64,000 nt of DNA from Halarcobacter sp. (GTDB lineage Bacteria > Campylobacterota > Campylobacteria > Campylobacterales > Arcobacteraceae), in assembly GCA_963676565.1 (NCBI GenBank), contig OY781089.1, forward strand, positions 2,560,001 to 2,624,000, in the 5' to 3' direction. Shown here one piece after another: positions 29,936-40,207 of this stretch (position 1 is the first letter of the stretch; each line of letters starts with the position of its first letter). The translations under genes and the position numbers were made by a program. Below the pieces are notes generated by a model, which was not told where the DNA came from, did not search any database, and worked only from the letters and a program-made list of their open reading frames with translations.

Positions 29936-32464
29936 TTATTTATTCATATTTTTTTTAGTTTTATTGGTTGCAATTGCCTCATAAGGATTATCTGGCCAAT
30001 AATGTTTTTTGTACTTAGAAAATAACTCTTTTTTCACCTCAGCATAAGAGTTTTCCCAAAAACTTTTAAGGTCGTATGTTATTTGAATAGGCCTTAAAGC
30101 TGGACTTAAAAGATGCATTTGTAAAGGGGTTTTTCCATTTAAGATTTTTGGTGTTTCGTGAAGACCAAAAACCTCTTGTATTTTAACTTTTAATATTGGT
30201 GTTTGAATATTAGTGTAATCTATTTTTATATTTGAGCCACTTGGTACCCTTAAAAAACTAGGAGCTAAAATATCTATTTGTTGTTGTTTTTCCCAAGGAA
30301 TATATGAAAGTAAAATAGCATAAATATCCAAAGACTCTAATTGCTTAATTGATTTAACATCACTTAAGTATGGTTTTAACCAAGATTCAAGGGTCTCTAA
30401 TAAATCTTCATCTTTGAAACTTACCAACTCATCTTTCATATTTTCATTTATAAAGTTTACTCTATTTTTTAAATCAATCGTCTTTTTACTCCATGTTAAA
30501 AGCTCTAATCCCTCTTTTTTTATAAGTTCACAAAAAAGATTAGAAAAATCGATATTATTCTCAACTGAAATAGCCTTTGAAGTAAGTTCAACTTCATAAA
30601 AATTGCTAACTTCTCTTATATCAAGCCTTTTTGACTCTTTATTATAAGTTATTGTCTGTGTTGTTTTTATATATTCACTAAAATACTCTTGTATCAATTC
30701 AAGTGAAATTTTAATTGCATATGAGATATATGAATCTTTATTTTGAGCATTTAGTATTGGTGTTACTAAAAACCTTTCATTAAATAAAGAATCCTCAATA
30801 TCTATTATCGCACCCTTACCATTGCTAAGTTTATATCTATTATTATTTTTCCCTCTTTGCTTTGCTAATCTATCGGGATAAGCAAAAAGGATTAATATAC
30901 TTAAAATCTTTTCATCAACTCTTTTTTTAGCTTTTTTCACTTCCTCTAAAGAGTTTAATTTTTTAAATATAAACCTAGCTTGTTTTAAAATATTTGAAGC
31001 TAAGTTTTTATTTATTAGATGACTACCTAAATCATTTTCATATAAGTGAATAAATCTAGAATAGATATTAGTATCACTAAAACTGCTTTTAAAAATATCT
31101 TTTTCACTAAGTAGTGTTGCTAAAATTGATGCTTCATAGGCAAAGCCTAAGTCATTTGCTTTTAATATCATAAATGCAAATCTAGGATGAATCCCAAGGG
31201 ATAATGCTTTTTCCCCTATCTTTGTTATCAAAGAGTTTTCATCTAACATTTTTAACTCTTGAAGAACTAATTTTGTACTTTGTTCAACTTCCTTTAAAGG
31301 ATAATCTAAAAATTTGAGCTCTTTTGTATCTTTTACTCCCCAAAGTGAAATTTCAAGAAAAAATGAACTTAAATCTGTTCTTAGTATTTCAGGTTTTGTT
31401 GACTCTTGCAATATCTTTTTCTCATGCCAAAGTCTATAACACTTTCCACTACTTAATCTTCCCGCACGCCCTGCTCTTTGAACTGCTGAATCTTTTGAAA
31501 TAAAAGTAAGATTTAAATGATTCATACTTGTTGAATAGTTATAAGAGGATTGTTTTTCTAGTCCTGAATCAATAACAATGCTAACACCTTCAATAGTTAG
31601 TGATGTTTGAGCAATATTAGTTGAAAGTATTACTTTTCTTTTATCACTTCTTAGTAAAGCCTTATCTTGTTGCTCTTTACTCAAAGCTGAATATAAAGGT
31701 AAAATCTCTATATCACTTTTTTTACCTTTTAGTTTCTCATTTAAACTATTTTGCAAGTTTTTTATCTCTTTAGTTCCTGCTAAAAAAACTAATATATCCT
31801 CACTATTCTCTTCCAGTGCTTTTAAAGTTGTATCACAAAGTAAGCTATTTAGAGTTTTAAAATCAGGTTGTTTTATACTCTCTTTTAAATAGATATTTTC
31901 AACATCATATAACTTCCCCTTTGAACTTATAACAGGTACTTTTCCTAATAAATTTACTAGGTCATTTGAATTTAATGTTGCAGACATAATCAAAAGTTTT
32001 AAATCATCTCTTAACAACTCTTGCACTTGTAAAGATAAGGCCAAGGATAAATCAGTATGAATACTTCTTTCATGAAACTCATCAAAAATAATCATCGCTA
32101 CATCTTCCAAAGATTGGTCAGATTGAAGTTTTCTCACAAGTATTGCTTCTGTTACAACAAGAAGTTTTGTTTGTTTTGAATAACAACTTTCCATTTTAAC
32201 TTGATAACCAATACTTTGACCTAATTCTTCTCCAAGTAGTTTTGCCATTTGTTGAGCTACCATTCTAGCTGCTACACGTCTAGGTTCTAGCATAATAATC
32301 ATCTTAGAGTTATCATCAGAATGAAGCCATGATTCTTTTAATAAAGAGATTGGAACAACTGTACTTTTTCCAGCTCCTGGAGGAGCTTCAAGTATAAGTT
32401 TTGAATTTTGATTTAATGTTTGTTTTATTTCATCTAAAACACTATATATAGGTAAACTTGTCAT
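29936..32464 (-). CDS. hrpB: ATP-dependent helicase HrpB
   Basis: APPGAGKST, DEFHERS, SAT, QRAGRAGR, C-terminal LLSPA.RPIQIT..FW...Y..KH.WP. Confidence 0.93.
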   Translation of the reverse strand: MTSLPIYSVLDEIKQTLNQNSKLILEAPPGAGKSTVVPISLLKESWLHSDDNSKMIIMLEPRRVAARMVAQQMAKLLGEELGQSIGYQVKMESCYSKQTKLLVVTEAILVRKLQSDQSLEDVAMIIFDEFHERSIHTDLSLALSLQVQELLRDDLKLLIMSATLNSNDLVNLLGKVPVISSKGKLYDVENIYLKESIKQPDFKTLNSLLCDTTLKALEENSEDILVFLAGTKEIKNLQNSLNEKLKGKKSDIEILPLYSALSKEQQDKALLRSDKRKVILSTNIAQTSLTIEGVSIVIDSGLEKQSSYNYSTSMNHLNLTFISKDSAVQRAGRAGRLSSGKCYRLWHEKKILQESTKPEILRTDLSSFFLEISLWGVKDTKELKFLDYPLKEVEQSTKLVLQELKMLDENSLITKIGEKALSLGIHPRFAFMILKANDLGFAYEASILATLLSEKDIFKSSFSDTNIYSRFIHLYENDLGSHLINKNLASNILKQARFIFKKLNSLEEVKKAKKRVDEKILSILILFAYPDRLAKQRGKNNNRYKLSNGKGAIIDIEDSLFNERFLVTPILNAQNKDSYISYAIKISLELIQEYFSEYIKTTQTITYNKESKRLDIREVSNFYEVELTSKAISVENNIDFSNLFCELIKKEGLELLTWSKKTIDLKNRVNFINENMKDELVSFKDEDLLETLESWLKPYLSDVKSIKQLESLDIYAILLSYIPWEKQQQIDILAPSFLRVPSGSNIKIDYTNIQTPILKVKIQEVFGLHETPKILNGKTPLQMHLLSPALRPIQITYDLKSFWENSYAEVKKELFSKYKKHYWPDNPYEAIATNKTKKNMNK

Positions 32465-32513
32465 ATAAAATATTATACTTAGAAAACTCTCATACTTTTC
32501 TAAATATGCAAGT

Positions 32514-33821
32514 TTAGATTTTTCTTTCTTTTATAAATTCAATAACTTTTTTTGCACTTTCTTTTGAACCATATAAAGAGCTATCAAGAGTTATATGATA
32601 GTTAGTAGCATCTCTCCAATCCTTTTTTGTAAAATGCATACAATAATTTGCTCTTTTTTCATCAGAGTCTTTTAAATCATTATCCCCAAAAGGTGATTTT
32701 GCTTTGTAGATTTTATTTATTTTATCTTTTCTATATTCATTATTAGCATGGATAAAAACATTTATGCAATTTGGATGATCTTTTAAAATAAAATTTGCAC
32801 AACGACCTACAATAACACAAGACTCTTTTTCACAAATATCTCTTATAATCTTACTTTGAATTAAAAAAAGTACATCTTTAGGTGGTAATTCATCATTTAC
32901 ATAATTAAAGTTTTGTTCATATAAATCATACAATAAAGAGTTTGTGAGTTTTTGTTCATTTTCTTGAATATATTCATGGGTATAACCTGTTTTCTGCGAA
33001 GTTAAATCAATTAACTCTTTATCATAAAAAGCAACTCCTAGCTCTTTTGCTATATATTTACCTATTTCATGTCCACCACTACCATATTCTCTTGAGATAG
33101 TAATCACAAAAGTATTGTTATATTTATCACTAATATCTTCAATATCTGATTCTTTTGTAACTTCATCAGCAAGCCAATTTTCAATAAAAGGTAGCTTTGT
33201 ACTAAAATATTTTATCATTGCTCCTATTAATAAAGCAGCAATAATACTACCTTCTCTAATTCCAACTAAATGATTTAAGAAAATAAAAGAACTGATAACT
33301 CCTAAAATCACCATCAAAGTATCCATAGATATCTTTATTTTTCCAAACTCTTTTTTGAAGGTTTTAGATATAACGACTACTAAGCCTTCCAAAGGAAGAT
33401 ATGTAAGTCTTGATTTAACTACAAGGAAAATACCAAAGGCTAATACAGCACAAGAGATTAAACATAAGATTAATTGTTCTATATAATTTGAAGGTATTAA
33501 ACTCTCTACTAAAAACATTGCAACATCAATGCAATATCCAAATACTATAATTGCAGGAAGTTGTACCAATTGAAAAGGATTGTATTTTTTACGAAGTATT
33601 GCTATTTGAATCCCCATAAATAAGACATTTAATAGTATTGTAAACTGTCCAATAGTTAAGGGAAAATATACACTATAAATATATGGTACACATGATATTG
33701 GGGATACTCCTATATCTGCTTTAACGGAAAATGAAACTCCAAATGACATAATAAAAAGTCCCACAATAAATACAAAAAGCCTTTTAAATAAATTTATATT
33801 GATAATATTTTCTTTTTTCAT
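32514..33821 (-). CDS. YczE/YitT-like membrane domain fused to cytidylate-kinase-like domain
   Basis: N-terminal ADIGVSP..GIREGS membrane domain; C-terminal ITISREYGSGG, VIVGRCA, NYHITLDS. Confidence 0.8.
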   Translation of the reverse strand: MKKENIININLFKRLFVFIVGLFIMSFGVSFSVKADIGVSPISCVPYIYSVYFPLTIGQFTILLNVLFMGIQIAILRKKYNPFQLVQLPAIIVFGYCIDVAMFLVESLIPSNYIEQLILCLISCAVLAFGIFLVVKSRLTYLPLEGLVVVISKTFKKEFGKIKISMDTLMVILGVISSFIFLNHLVGIREGSIIAALLIGAMIKYFSTKLPFIENWLADEVTKESDIEDISDKYNNTFVITISREYGSGGHEIGKYIAKELGVAFYDKELIDLTSQKTGYTHEYIQENEQKLTNSLLYDLYEQNFNYVNDELPPKDVLFLIQSKIIRDICEKESCVIVGRCANFILKDHPNCINVFIHANNEYRKDKINKIYKAKSPFGDNDLKDSDEKRANYCMHFTKKDWRDATNYHITLDSSLYGSKESAKKVIEFIKERKI

Positions 33822-33840
33822 CTTTCTCTTTTCTTAAAAT

Positions 33841-33857
33841 AACTGTACAGTACGGTT
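33841..33857. promoter_or_regulatory. Probable TetR operator
   Basis: AACTGTAC-A-GTACGGTT near-perfect palindrome between the divergent tetR and membrane gene. Confidence 0.6.
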
Positions 33858-33918
33858 TAATTAAAGGGATATTATCCATTTAAATGTTAATATTACTTTA
33901 ATAAATAGGAATAGTTTA

Positions 33919-34527
33919 ATGAGAAAGAAAACAGAAGAAAAAAAAGAAGAGATAATAAAAGCTGCTAAAGAGGTTTTTAAAGAGTTTGGTTTTGAAAAAG
34001 CCTCAATGTCAAAAATAAGTTCAAAGCTTGGTGGATCTAAAGCAACACTGTATAACTACTTCTCTTCAAAAGAAGAACTTTTTTTTGAAGTTATTTCTAT
34101 TGCAAATGCCCAAGAAAGTGATTTTGTACATCAAATTATAGATACTAAAAATGAAACCCTTGATATTCATACCCAACTATACGAATTTGGAAAAAGGTTT
34201 ATAAATTTTGTATATTCTCAAAAAATGGTTGAAATAAGAAGACTCACAATAAGTCAATCAGAGATAACAAACCTAGGTAGAATTACGTATAAAAACCGAG
34301 TATTAAAAAGTCGAGAAATACTTTCTAAATATTTAGAAAAAGCAATAAAGTTTAATAAAATAAAAAAAACAGATACAAATATAGCAGCAATACATTTTTT
34401 TGGACTTTTAGAATCGGAGTTGATGTATCCATTTCTTTTTCAAGTTGATACAAATTTTTCAAAAAAACATATGGATGAGATGGCTGAAAGGGCAATTGAT
34501 ATTTTTATATTAGCATATGGCGTCTAA
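33919..34527 (+). CDS. TetR/AcrR-family regulator
   Basis: GFEKASM..I...GGSKATLYNYFSSKEELF. Confidence 0.92.
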   Translation: MRKKTEEKKEEIIKAAKEVFKEFGFEKASMSKISSKLGGSKATLYNYFSSKEELFFEVISIANAQESDFVHQIIDTKNETLDIHTQLYEFGKRFINFVYSQKMVEIRRLTISQSEITNLGRITYKNRVLKSREILSKYLEKAIKFNKIKKTDTNIAAIHFFGLLESELMYPFLFQVDTNFSKKHMDEMAERAIDIFILAYGV

Positions 34528-34542
34528 GACTTCATATAGCTA

Positions 34543-35772
34543 TTATAATAACCCCTGCTCTCTTAACTTATCTTTTTTACTTTTTCTTTTACCTTTTATT
34601 GGTGCACTTCCTTTTTGTTTTGTAGTATTTGAAATAGTAAAATCAAAGCCATCTATTTGCTCTTTTTTTATATCTAATTTATATCTTTTTTCTATTAGTT
34701 TAAAGTGGTTTAGATTTTCATTATCTAAAAAAGATATAGCTGTTCCACTTTTCCCTGCTCTTGCTGTTCTTCCTATTCTATGAATATAATCTTCTGTACT
34801 TCTTGGCAAATCAAAATTTACAACACAATCAATATCATCAATATGCAAACCCCTTGATGCAATATCAGTGGAAAAAAGTATATCTATCTTTTTATTTTTA
34901 AAATCATTTAGAGTTAGACTTCTCTCCTCTTGGGTTAAATCTCCATGAAAAGATTCAGCCTCATATCCTTTTTTGATAAACTTATTTGCAATATTATCTG
35001 CTGCTCTTTTATTTGCCATAAAAACCAATACTGATTTAAAGTTATTCTCTTTTATTAGATGTCTTAAAAGCGCACTTCTATCCTCTTTTTTTACAAATAT
35101 TGCCCTTTGAGTTATCTCTTTCACATTTGTATTTGAATCTTCGATTTCTACTTTTAAGGCTTTGCTAGTTATCTTTGAAGATATATCAATAACTTTTGGT
35201 GAATATGTTGCAGAAAATAAAAGATTTTGTCTATTCTTTGGAATAATCTTTAAAATCTCATCAAGTTCTTGAACAAAACCTAAATCAAGCATCTTATCAG
35301 CTTCATCTAAAACAAAATATTCAATAGTAGATAAATCAATTTGCTTTTTACCTATAATATCAAGAAGTCTTCCTGAAGTTGCAACTACTATATCACACCC
35401 CTTTTGTATCTTTAAAAGTTGTTCCCCTATCTTTTCTCCACCTATAATAGAAACTATAGAAAGGGCTTTTGGAAAATATTGACTAAGGTCTGAAAATGTT
35501 TGGGCAATTTGAAGAGTTAATTCCCTTGTTGGAGCTAAAACCAACACTTTTATTTTTGCTTTTTTTTGTGTTTTATTCTCTTTCAATGATTCTAAAATAG
35601 GAATAACAAAACTTGCAGTTTTACCACTTCCTGTTTTTGCCTGAGCCATAATATCTTGTTTTGTTTTTACAAGAGGGATTACCTTTGTTTGAATAGGAGT
35701 TGGAGTTTTATAATTGTTTTGCTCTAAAGATTTTGAAAGTTCTAAAGATAGATTGAATATATCAAATGACAA
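34543..35772 (-). CDS. DEAD-box RNA helicase
   Basis: PTPIQ, AKTGSGKT, PTREL, DEAD, SAT, HRIGRTAR. Confidence 0.93.
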   Translation of the reverse strand: MSFDIFNLSLELSKSLEQNNYKTPTPIQTKVIPLVKTKQDIMAQAKTGSGKTASFVIPILESLKENKTQKKAKIKVLVLAPTRELTLQIAQTFSDLSQYFPKALSIVSIIGGEKIGEQLLKIQKGCDIVVATSGRLLDIIGKKQIDLSTIEYFVLDEADKMLDLGFVQELDEILKIIPKNRQNLLFSATYSPKVIDISSKITSKALKVEIEDSNTNVKEITQRAIFVKKEDRSALLRHLIKENNFKSVLVFMANKRAADNIANKFIKKGYEAESFHGDLTQEERSLTLNDFKNKKIDILFSTDIASRGLHIDDIDCVVNFDLPRSTEDYIHRIGRTARAGKSGTAISFLDNENLNHFKLIEKRYKLDIKKEQIDGFDFTISNTTKQKGSAPIKGKRKSKKDKLREQGLL

Positions 35773-35790
35773 GATTTTCCTTTTAGTTTA

Positions 35791-36084
35791 TTATATAGAT
35801 TTTTCAGAATTTTTAGAAATCTGAGTATTGTAAATATTTGCGACATGAATTAAACTTGTGACTTTAATTAGAGGTTTTATCAAAAGCTGTGCACTTCCAA
35901 CTATAAATAGCCAAGTTCCACTATTCATTAATGTATCATTTAAAAAGAAAAAGCTACCTGTTAAAAACCAAATAGCTATAAGCAAATCATTGAAAGCACC
36001 TAAAAACTCATAACGTCTTTGTATAACAATATGCTGATTTCCAACATCTACATCAAGTTCATTTTCTTTTTCATAAAAATTCAA
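35791..36084 (-). CDS. YrhK-like small membrane protein
   Basis: RYE....ND....WF..GS.FF......GTWLF..GS.Q.LIKP. Confidence 0.75.
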   Translation of the reverse strand: MNFYEKENELDVDVGNQHIVIQRRYEFLGAFNDLLIAIWFLTGSFFFLNDTLMNSGTWLFIVGSAQLLIKPLIKVTSLIHVANIYNTQISKNSEKSI

Positions 36085-36102
36085 TTTTTCTCCTCAATTC
36101 TT

Positions 36103-36420
36103 TTATTCACCATTTAATACAGACATTACAGTTGCCCTACTTGTTTTTAGTTCTTTTGTAATTTTAGCAATATTTATATCACCATTATCATTGTAATATT
36201 CTTCATCATCTAACATTCTTAAGATCTCATCTTTTTTATCAAGTATCTCCTGAGAACTATCTCTTTTAGCAAATGTAAAATCCTCTTCACTCATAGTTTC
36301 CATAGCTACTAAATCTCTTTTTATAGTTTGAACTGTAACCTTAAGCTCTTTTGCTAAATCCTTTGGGTCTTCAATTCCTCTTAAGATTAAATCTCTTATG
36401 GCAATTCTTCTTGTTTTCAT
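36103..36420 (-). CDS. Small HTH-containing hypothetical protein
   Basis: LAKELKVTVQTIKRDL and a second IAKITKELKTSRATV helix-turn-helix; start MKTRR. Confidence 0.7.
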   Translation of the reverse strand: MKTRRIAIRDLILRGIEDPKDLAKELKVTVQTIKRDLVAMETMSEEDFTFAKRDSSQEILDKKDEILRMLDDEEYYNDNGDINIAKITKELKTSRATVMSVLNGE

Positions 36421-36458
36421 TTTTCTTCTACGATGATATGAGATTTTCATTTATGTCC

Positions 36459-37220
36459 TCATTTTTTAGTTGATAAACTTATAAACCACAAATTACAAAT
36501 ATGTTTATAAATAGTTATATATGATTCAAGTTTTAAGATATCTTTTTTTGTAAAAGTTTTTAGGTACTTTTTCAATAGATATCTTTTTTCATTTTTATCT
36601 AAATCAAATTCAAAACAAATAGTTGCAAGGTCAAAAAATGCATCATTTAAACCTACATATTCCCAATCAATAAACTTAATATCTTTTTTATAAAAAAGAA
36701 TATTTTGAGGGTTTAAATCGTGATGGCATATAACTAATCTTTTTTTATATTTTTCTAAATTTTTTAACTCTTTTTTACATATCTTTAGACTATTTTTTGC
36801 CTCTTTTGTTTTTAGATAATTGTAATTTTTCAACTCTTTTTTTAAATTCAATTTTTTTGATTTAATCTTAATATTATGAAGTTTTTTTAAAGTTATAATT
36901 AAAGCTTTTAAATCCTCTTTATCTAATTTAGTTTTGTGCTTGCCTTTTAAAAAATTATAAATCATAAAACTTTTATTTTTATCAAGATAAATTGGTTTTG
37001 AAGCAATACCTTCTTTATAAGCTTTTTTTTGAATCTTATACTCAAAATCTCTACTTATATTTACAGTTGCATCACTTCTAAACTCCCTTAAAACATAAGT
37101 GTTTTTTGAAGTTTTCAACTCATAGTTTATATTACAAAAACCTTGATTTTTCAATGGTTCAAGAGTTAAAACCTCTTCATTTTTAAATATCTTATAATCT
37201 TGAAGTTTCTGTATTATCAT
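36459..37220 (-). CDS. Choline/thiamine-kinase-like phosphotransferase
   Basis: GFCNINY, CHHDLNPQNI, IDWEY; overlaps pnuC. Confidence 0.78.
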   Translation of the reverse strand: MIIQKLQDYKIFKNEEVLTLEPLKNQGFCNINYELKTSKNTYVLREFRSDATVNISRDFEYKIQKKAYKEGIASKPIYLDKNKSFMIYNFLKGKHKTKLDKEDLKALIITLKKLHNIKIKSKKLNLKKELKNYNYLKTKEAKNSLKICKKELKNLEKYKKRLVICHHDLNPQNILFYKKDIKFIDWEYVGLNDAFFDLATICFEFDLDKNEKRYLLKKYLKTFTKKDILKLESYITIYKHICNLWFISLSTKK

Positions 37221-37809
37221 ACTCTTTTTTCCAGTTTTGATATGCAACAAATGCTAATATAGTGTAAATCATAAATAAAACAGCTGTTAGATTTAAACCT
37301 TTTTGAATATAGATGTAAATAGAAACAATATCAATAACTATCCAATATATCCAATTTTCTATAATCTTTTTTGCAAGCATATAAGTTGAAAAGACTGCAA
37401 ATACTGTTGTAAAAGAATCAACATAAGCAAAATCAGCACTAGTATAATTTGCCATAACATATCCAAAACCTAAAGAGATAATACTTAAAACTATAATGAT
37501 TTGAATATTTTTACTTAAACCAAATGTTGATACTTCTAACTCTTGTTGTTCTAATTTACCACCAAATTTCCATGAATACCAACCATAAACTGCCATAATA
37601 AGATAATAAGCATTTAAAGCTGAATCCATAAGTAATGATACATCATAAAAAAGTATTGTATAAATAAGTGTTGAGACAAAGGCAGCTGGCCAACACCAAA
37701 GGCTTTGTTTTATTGCTAAAACTATGTAAGCTATTGCTAAAATCATAGCAATAGCTTCATAAGTAGTCATTACATTTAATGACTCAATTACTGTTTGCAT
37801 AAATTCCAA
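37192..37809 (-). CDS. pnuC: PnuC-family vitamin transporter
   Basis: WCWPAA, YGWYSW, DSFTT, KKIIENWIYWIVID. Confidence 0.88.
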   Translation of the reverse strand: MEFMQTVIESLNVMTTYEAIAMILAIAYIVLAIKQSLWCWPAAFVSTLIYTILFYDVSLLMDSALNAYYLIMAVYGWYSWKFGGKLEQQELEVSTFGLSKNIQIIIVLSIISLGFGYVMANYTSADFAYVDSFTTVFAVFSTYMLAKKIIENWIYWIVIDIVSIYIYIQKGLNLTAVLFMIYTILAFVAYQNWKKEYDNTETSRL

Positions 37810-37883
37810 AGTATATAATCCTCTATATTTTTTTAAATGGATTTTAATTAAATATACTGAGAATCATATAAAATAAAGAAAAT

Positions 37884-38846
37884 TTATTTCAAAATATGAG
37901 TTCTATCTTTACTTGATTTAACTCTTCCTGTTTTTATGGTGTTAAATATATGTTCAAAAACTTTCCCTGGGTTTCCTTTTTTATTTGTTAGAAAATATGA
38001 ATGACCTTTTGGATAATCATATTTATTACTCAATTCTTCACAATCAATTGAATAAACATTTTTTTGAACTTTTGATATATCTTCAGGGCCTGTATGGCCT
38101 AATCTTCTTGATGCAATTCTATTTTTTAGATTTGATACTTTACTAGCTCTTAAAGCCAGGTCACTAGATGAAAAGTAAACTGAAACATTGCTACTTGATT
38201 GACTTATAAATCTTCCTTTTTTATCCTCTTCCAAAGATTCATTTACAATATCTGCAGCCACTAAAAAGCTATGTCTAAATAAAAGAGGAACCCCATTTGC
38301 TAAATCATATCTATTCCATTGGTGTAAAGTTTCCCTATAAACTCTATTTCCCATAGAATGACTTAATACACTTATTCTTTTTAAACATATATCTTCATCT
38401 TTTGTGTAAGCATCTCTCCATTTCATAAACTTTTGAAGCACTCTTGCAAATGAAAAAGAACTAACATCTGCTGATTTTTGATCATCCCAATAATCTTTTA
38501 TAATACCTTTGTCATTATCACATGGCCAAATTATAGGTATCACTAGAACTAAGTCTTTCTCTTTTTCATCAAATAACTTTTGGAGAGTTTTAACTCTAGG
38601 AAAGATATCATTTTCTGGAAGATTAGAAAATCCATGAATAAAAAGAAGTATATTTTTAGCTTTTGACAATTTTAATTGTTTCATTAGGTTTGTTGAACCA
38701 ATTTCCATATAATCATTTTCGCTATTTCTTTCACAATAATATACTGAATTAGAAGGTGCATTTTTATCTAAATCAAAATCATACTTTACCCCTGCAGTTT
38801 GCTTTGCAAAGCTACCTTTTGGCTCTCTATTTGTTATAAAATACAT
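37884..38846 (-). CDS. DUF900-type alpha/beta hydrolase
   Basis: YFITNR, FIHGFSN, WP, SHSMGN, VAAD, D.AL..S, RLG, GHSY. Confidence 0.8.
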   Translation of the reverse strand: MYFITNREPKGSFAKQTAGVKYDFDLDKNAPSNSVYYCERNSENDYMEIGSTNLMKQLKLSKAKNILLFIHGFSNLPENDIFPRVKTLQKLFDEKEKDLVLVIPIIWPCDNDKGIIKDYWDDQKSADVSSFSFARVLQKFMKWRDAYTKDEDICLKRISVLSHSMGNRVYRETLHQWNRYDLANGVPLLFRHSFLVAADIVNESLEEDKKGRFISQSSSNVSVYFSSSDLALRASKVSNLKNRIASRRLGHTGPEDISKVQKNVYSIDCEELSNKYDYPKGHSYFLTNKKGNPGKVFEHIFNTIKTGRVKSSKDRTHILK

Positions 38847-39067
38847 ACTTTTCTCCTTTATTTTGTTACTTTAGAAATCAGTTCCTTTTGAAGATATAGT
38901 TTTTAATAAATTTTATAAATAATGAATAATTTTATATATTATAACAATATTTATATTCTTTTAAGTAATTTTTTTAGTAATTAATTAAATATTTTTAAAA
39001 AAGCTTATGTATTTGTTTAATTGATAAATTTAAATTAGGCTAAAATAATTTTCTTTAGCCTAGTTTT

Positions 39068-39580
39068 TTATAAGATTTTGTTTATATCTTCGATTAGTTT
39101 TTGTGAGTTTTCATCTAATTTTGTATTAGAGTTTTTTGAAATAAAATCTTCTATACCTGAAGTTCTCATAGAAAATTGTTTTGAATATTTAATTATCTCT
39201 TCATCTAAGTTACTAACTCCAGCTTTTGTTTGAACTAAATAGATATTGAAACTATTATCTTCTATTGTGAATTTTACATGGTTAAAATAAACCTTTGCAT
39301 CTTTAAATATCAAATCTAAGGTAAGTGTATCTTTTCTAAAAAAAGGAAAGGCTTGTTGTGCTTCTCCTAAAACTTCTGTGATTAGATAATAAGCTAAAGT
39401 ATCAGGTGTCAAGTTATCAGTACTAATTCTTTTTTCCTGTTTATTAAAGTATTCATCAACTAATCTAATAAAAAAATTAGATGACATAACACCAATATCT
39501 TTTAATATTACACAATTTATGTATTCATAAACTAAATGTGCATTCTCTTTTATAAATGCTTTCAGCTCTTTTTCTTGCAT
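39068..39580 (-). CDS. Hypothetical protein
   Basis: 170-aa ORF with AGGA RBS; followed by inverted repeat TAGGCTAAA..TTTAGCCTA (~39036-39062). Confidence 0.7.
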   Translation of the reverse strand: MQEKELKAFIKENAHLVYEYINCVILKDIGVMSSNFFIRLVDEYFNKQEKRISTDNLTPDTLAYYLITEVLGEAQQAFPFFRKDTLTLDLIFKDAKVYFNHVKFTIEDNSFNIYLVQTKAGVSNLDEEIIKYSKQFSMRTSGIEDFISKNSNTKLDENSQKLIEDINKIL

Positions 39581-39688
39581 TTTTGTTTCCTATAAAAATA
39601 TATTTATTTAAAAAAAAGATTTTATCTAATTAGTTGTTAAATAGTTAAAATGTAGATTTTAAACTAACTTCTAAAAATATTTTGCTTA

Positions 39689-39706
39689 GTGGTACTAAAA
39701 TTGCAT
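39689..39706 (+). promoter_or_regulatory. sigma54 (-24/-12) promoter motif
   Basis: TGGTAC-TAAAA-TTGCAT, near-consensus TGGCAC-N5-TTGCW, 33 bp from ATG 39737. Confidence 0.78.
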
Positions 39707-39736
39707 ATACAAAAAGATTAAGAAAAGGAATATATT

Positions 39737-40207
39737 ATGCAAGATTTTATTGATATGTACAAAGAAACTTATCAGATTAAACAGCAAATTAAACTCGATG
39801 AATCACTAAACCAAGGTGATATACAAATTATTGAAGATGGATATAAAATAAATGCTAGCAAAGATGCTGATGTTTTAGAGATATTAGGGAAAATAAAACT
39901 TCACACAATAGTTAAAGATGATAGAGTATTTAATCCAACAACTAATTTTATGGAAATCATTGTTTTAGCTTGGATATATAAAACTATGTCAACTGTTTTA
40001 GAAGTTTTAGAGATGGATTTATTACTTGAAAAACTTTTAATAAAAAAAGAACATGATCCAATAGCCTCATATGCCGTACTTAAAATACTTGAAGCTAATC
40101 CCCTACTTTCAGGAGCAGATTCTAGTATGATAGATCACTATCTAACAATGGAGCTTACAAGCGAACTAATGAATCAAATGGAAGATAAAAAAGAAGAAGT
40201 TAATTAA
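39737..40207 (+). CDS. Hypothetical protein under a sigma54-type promoter
   Basis: 156-aa ORF with AAGGA RBS. Confidence 0.72.
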   Translation: MQDFIDMYKETYQIKQQIKLDESLNQGDIQIIEDGYKINASKDADVLEILGKIKLHTIVKDDRVFNPTTNFMEIIVLAWIYKTMSTVLEVLEMDLLLEKLLIKKEHDPIASYAVLKILEANPLLSGADSSMIDHYLTMELTSELMNQMEDKKEEVN

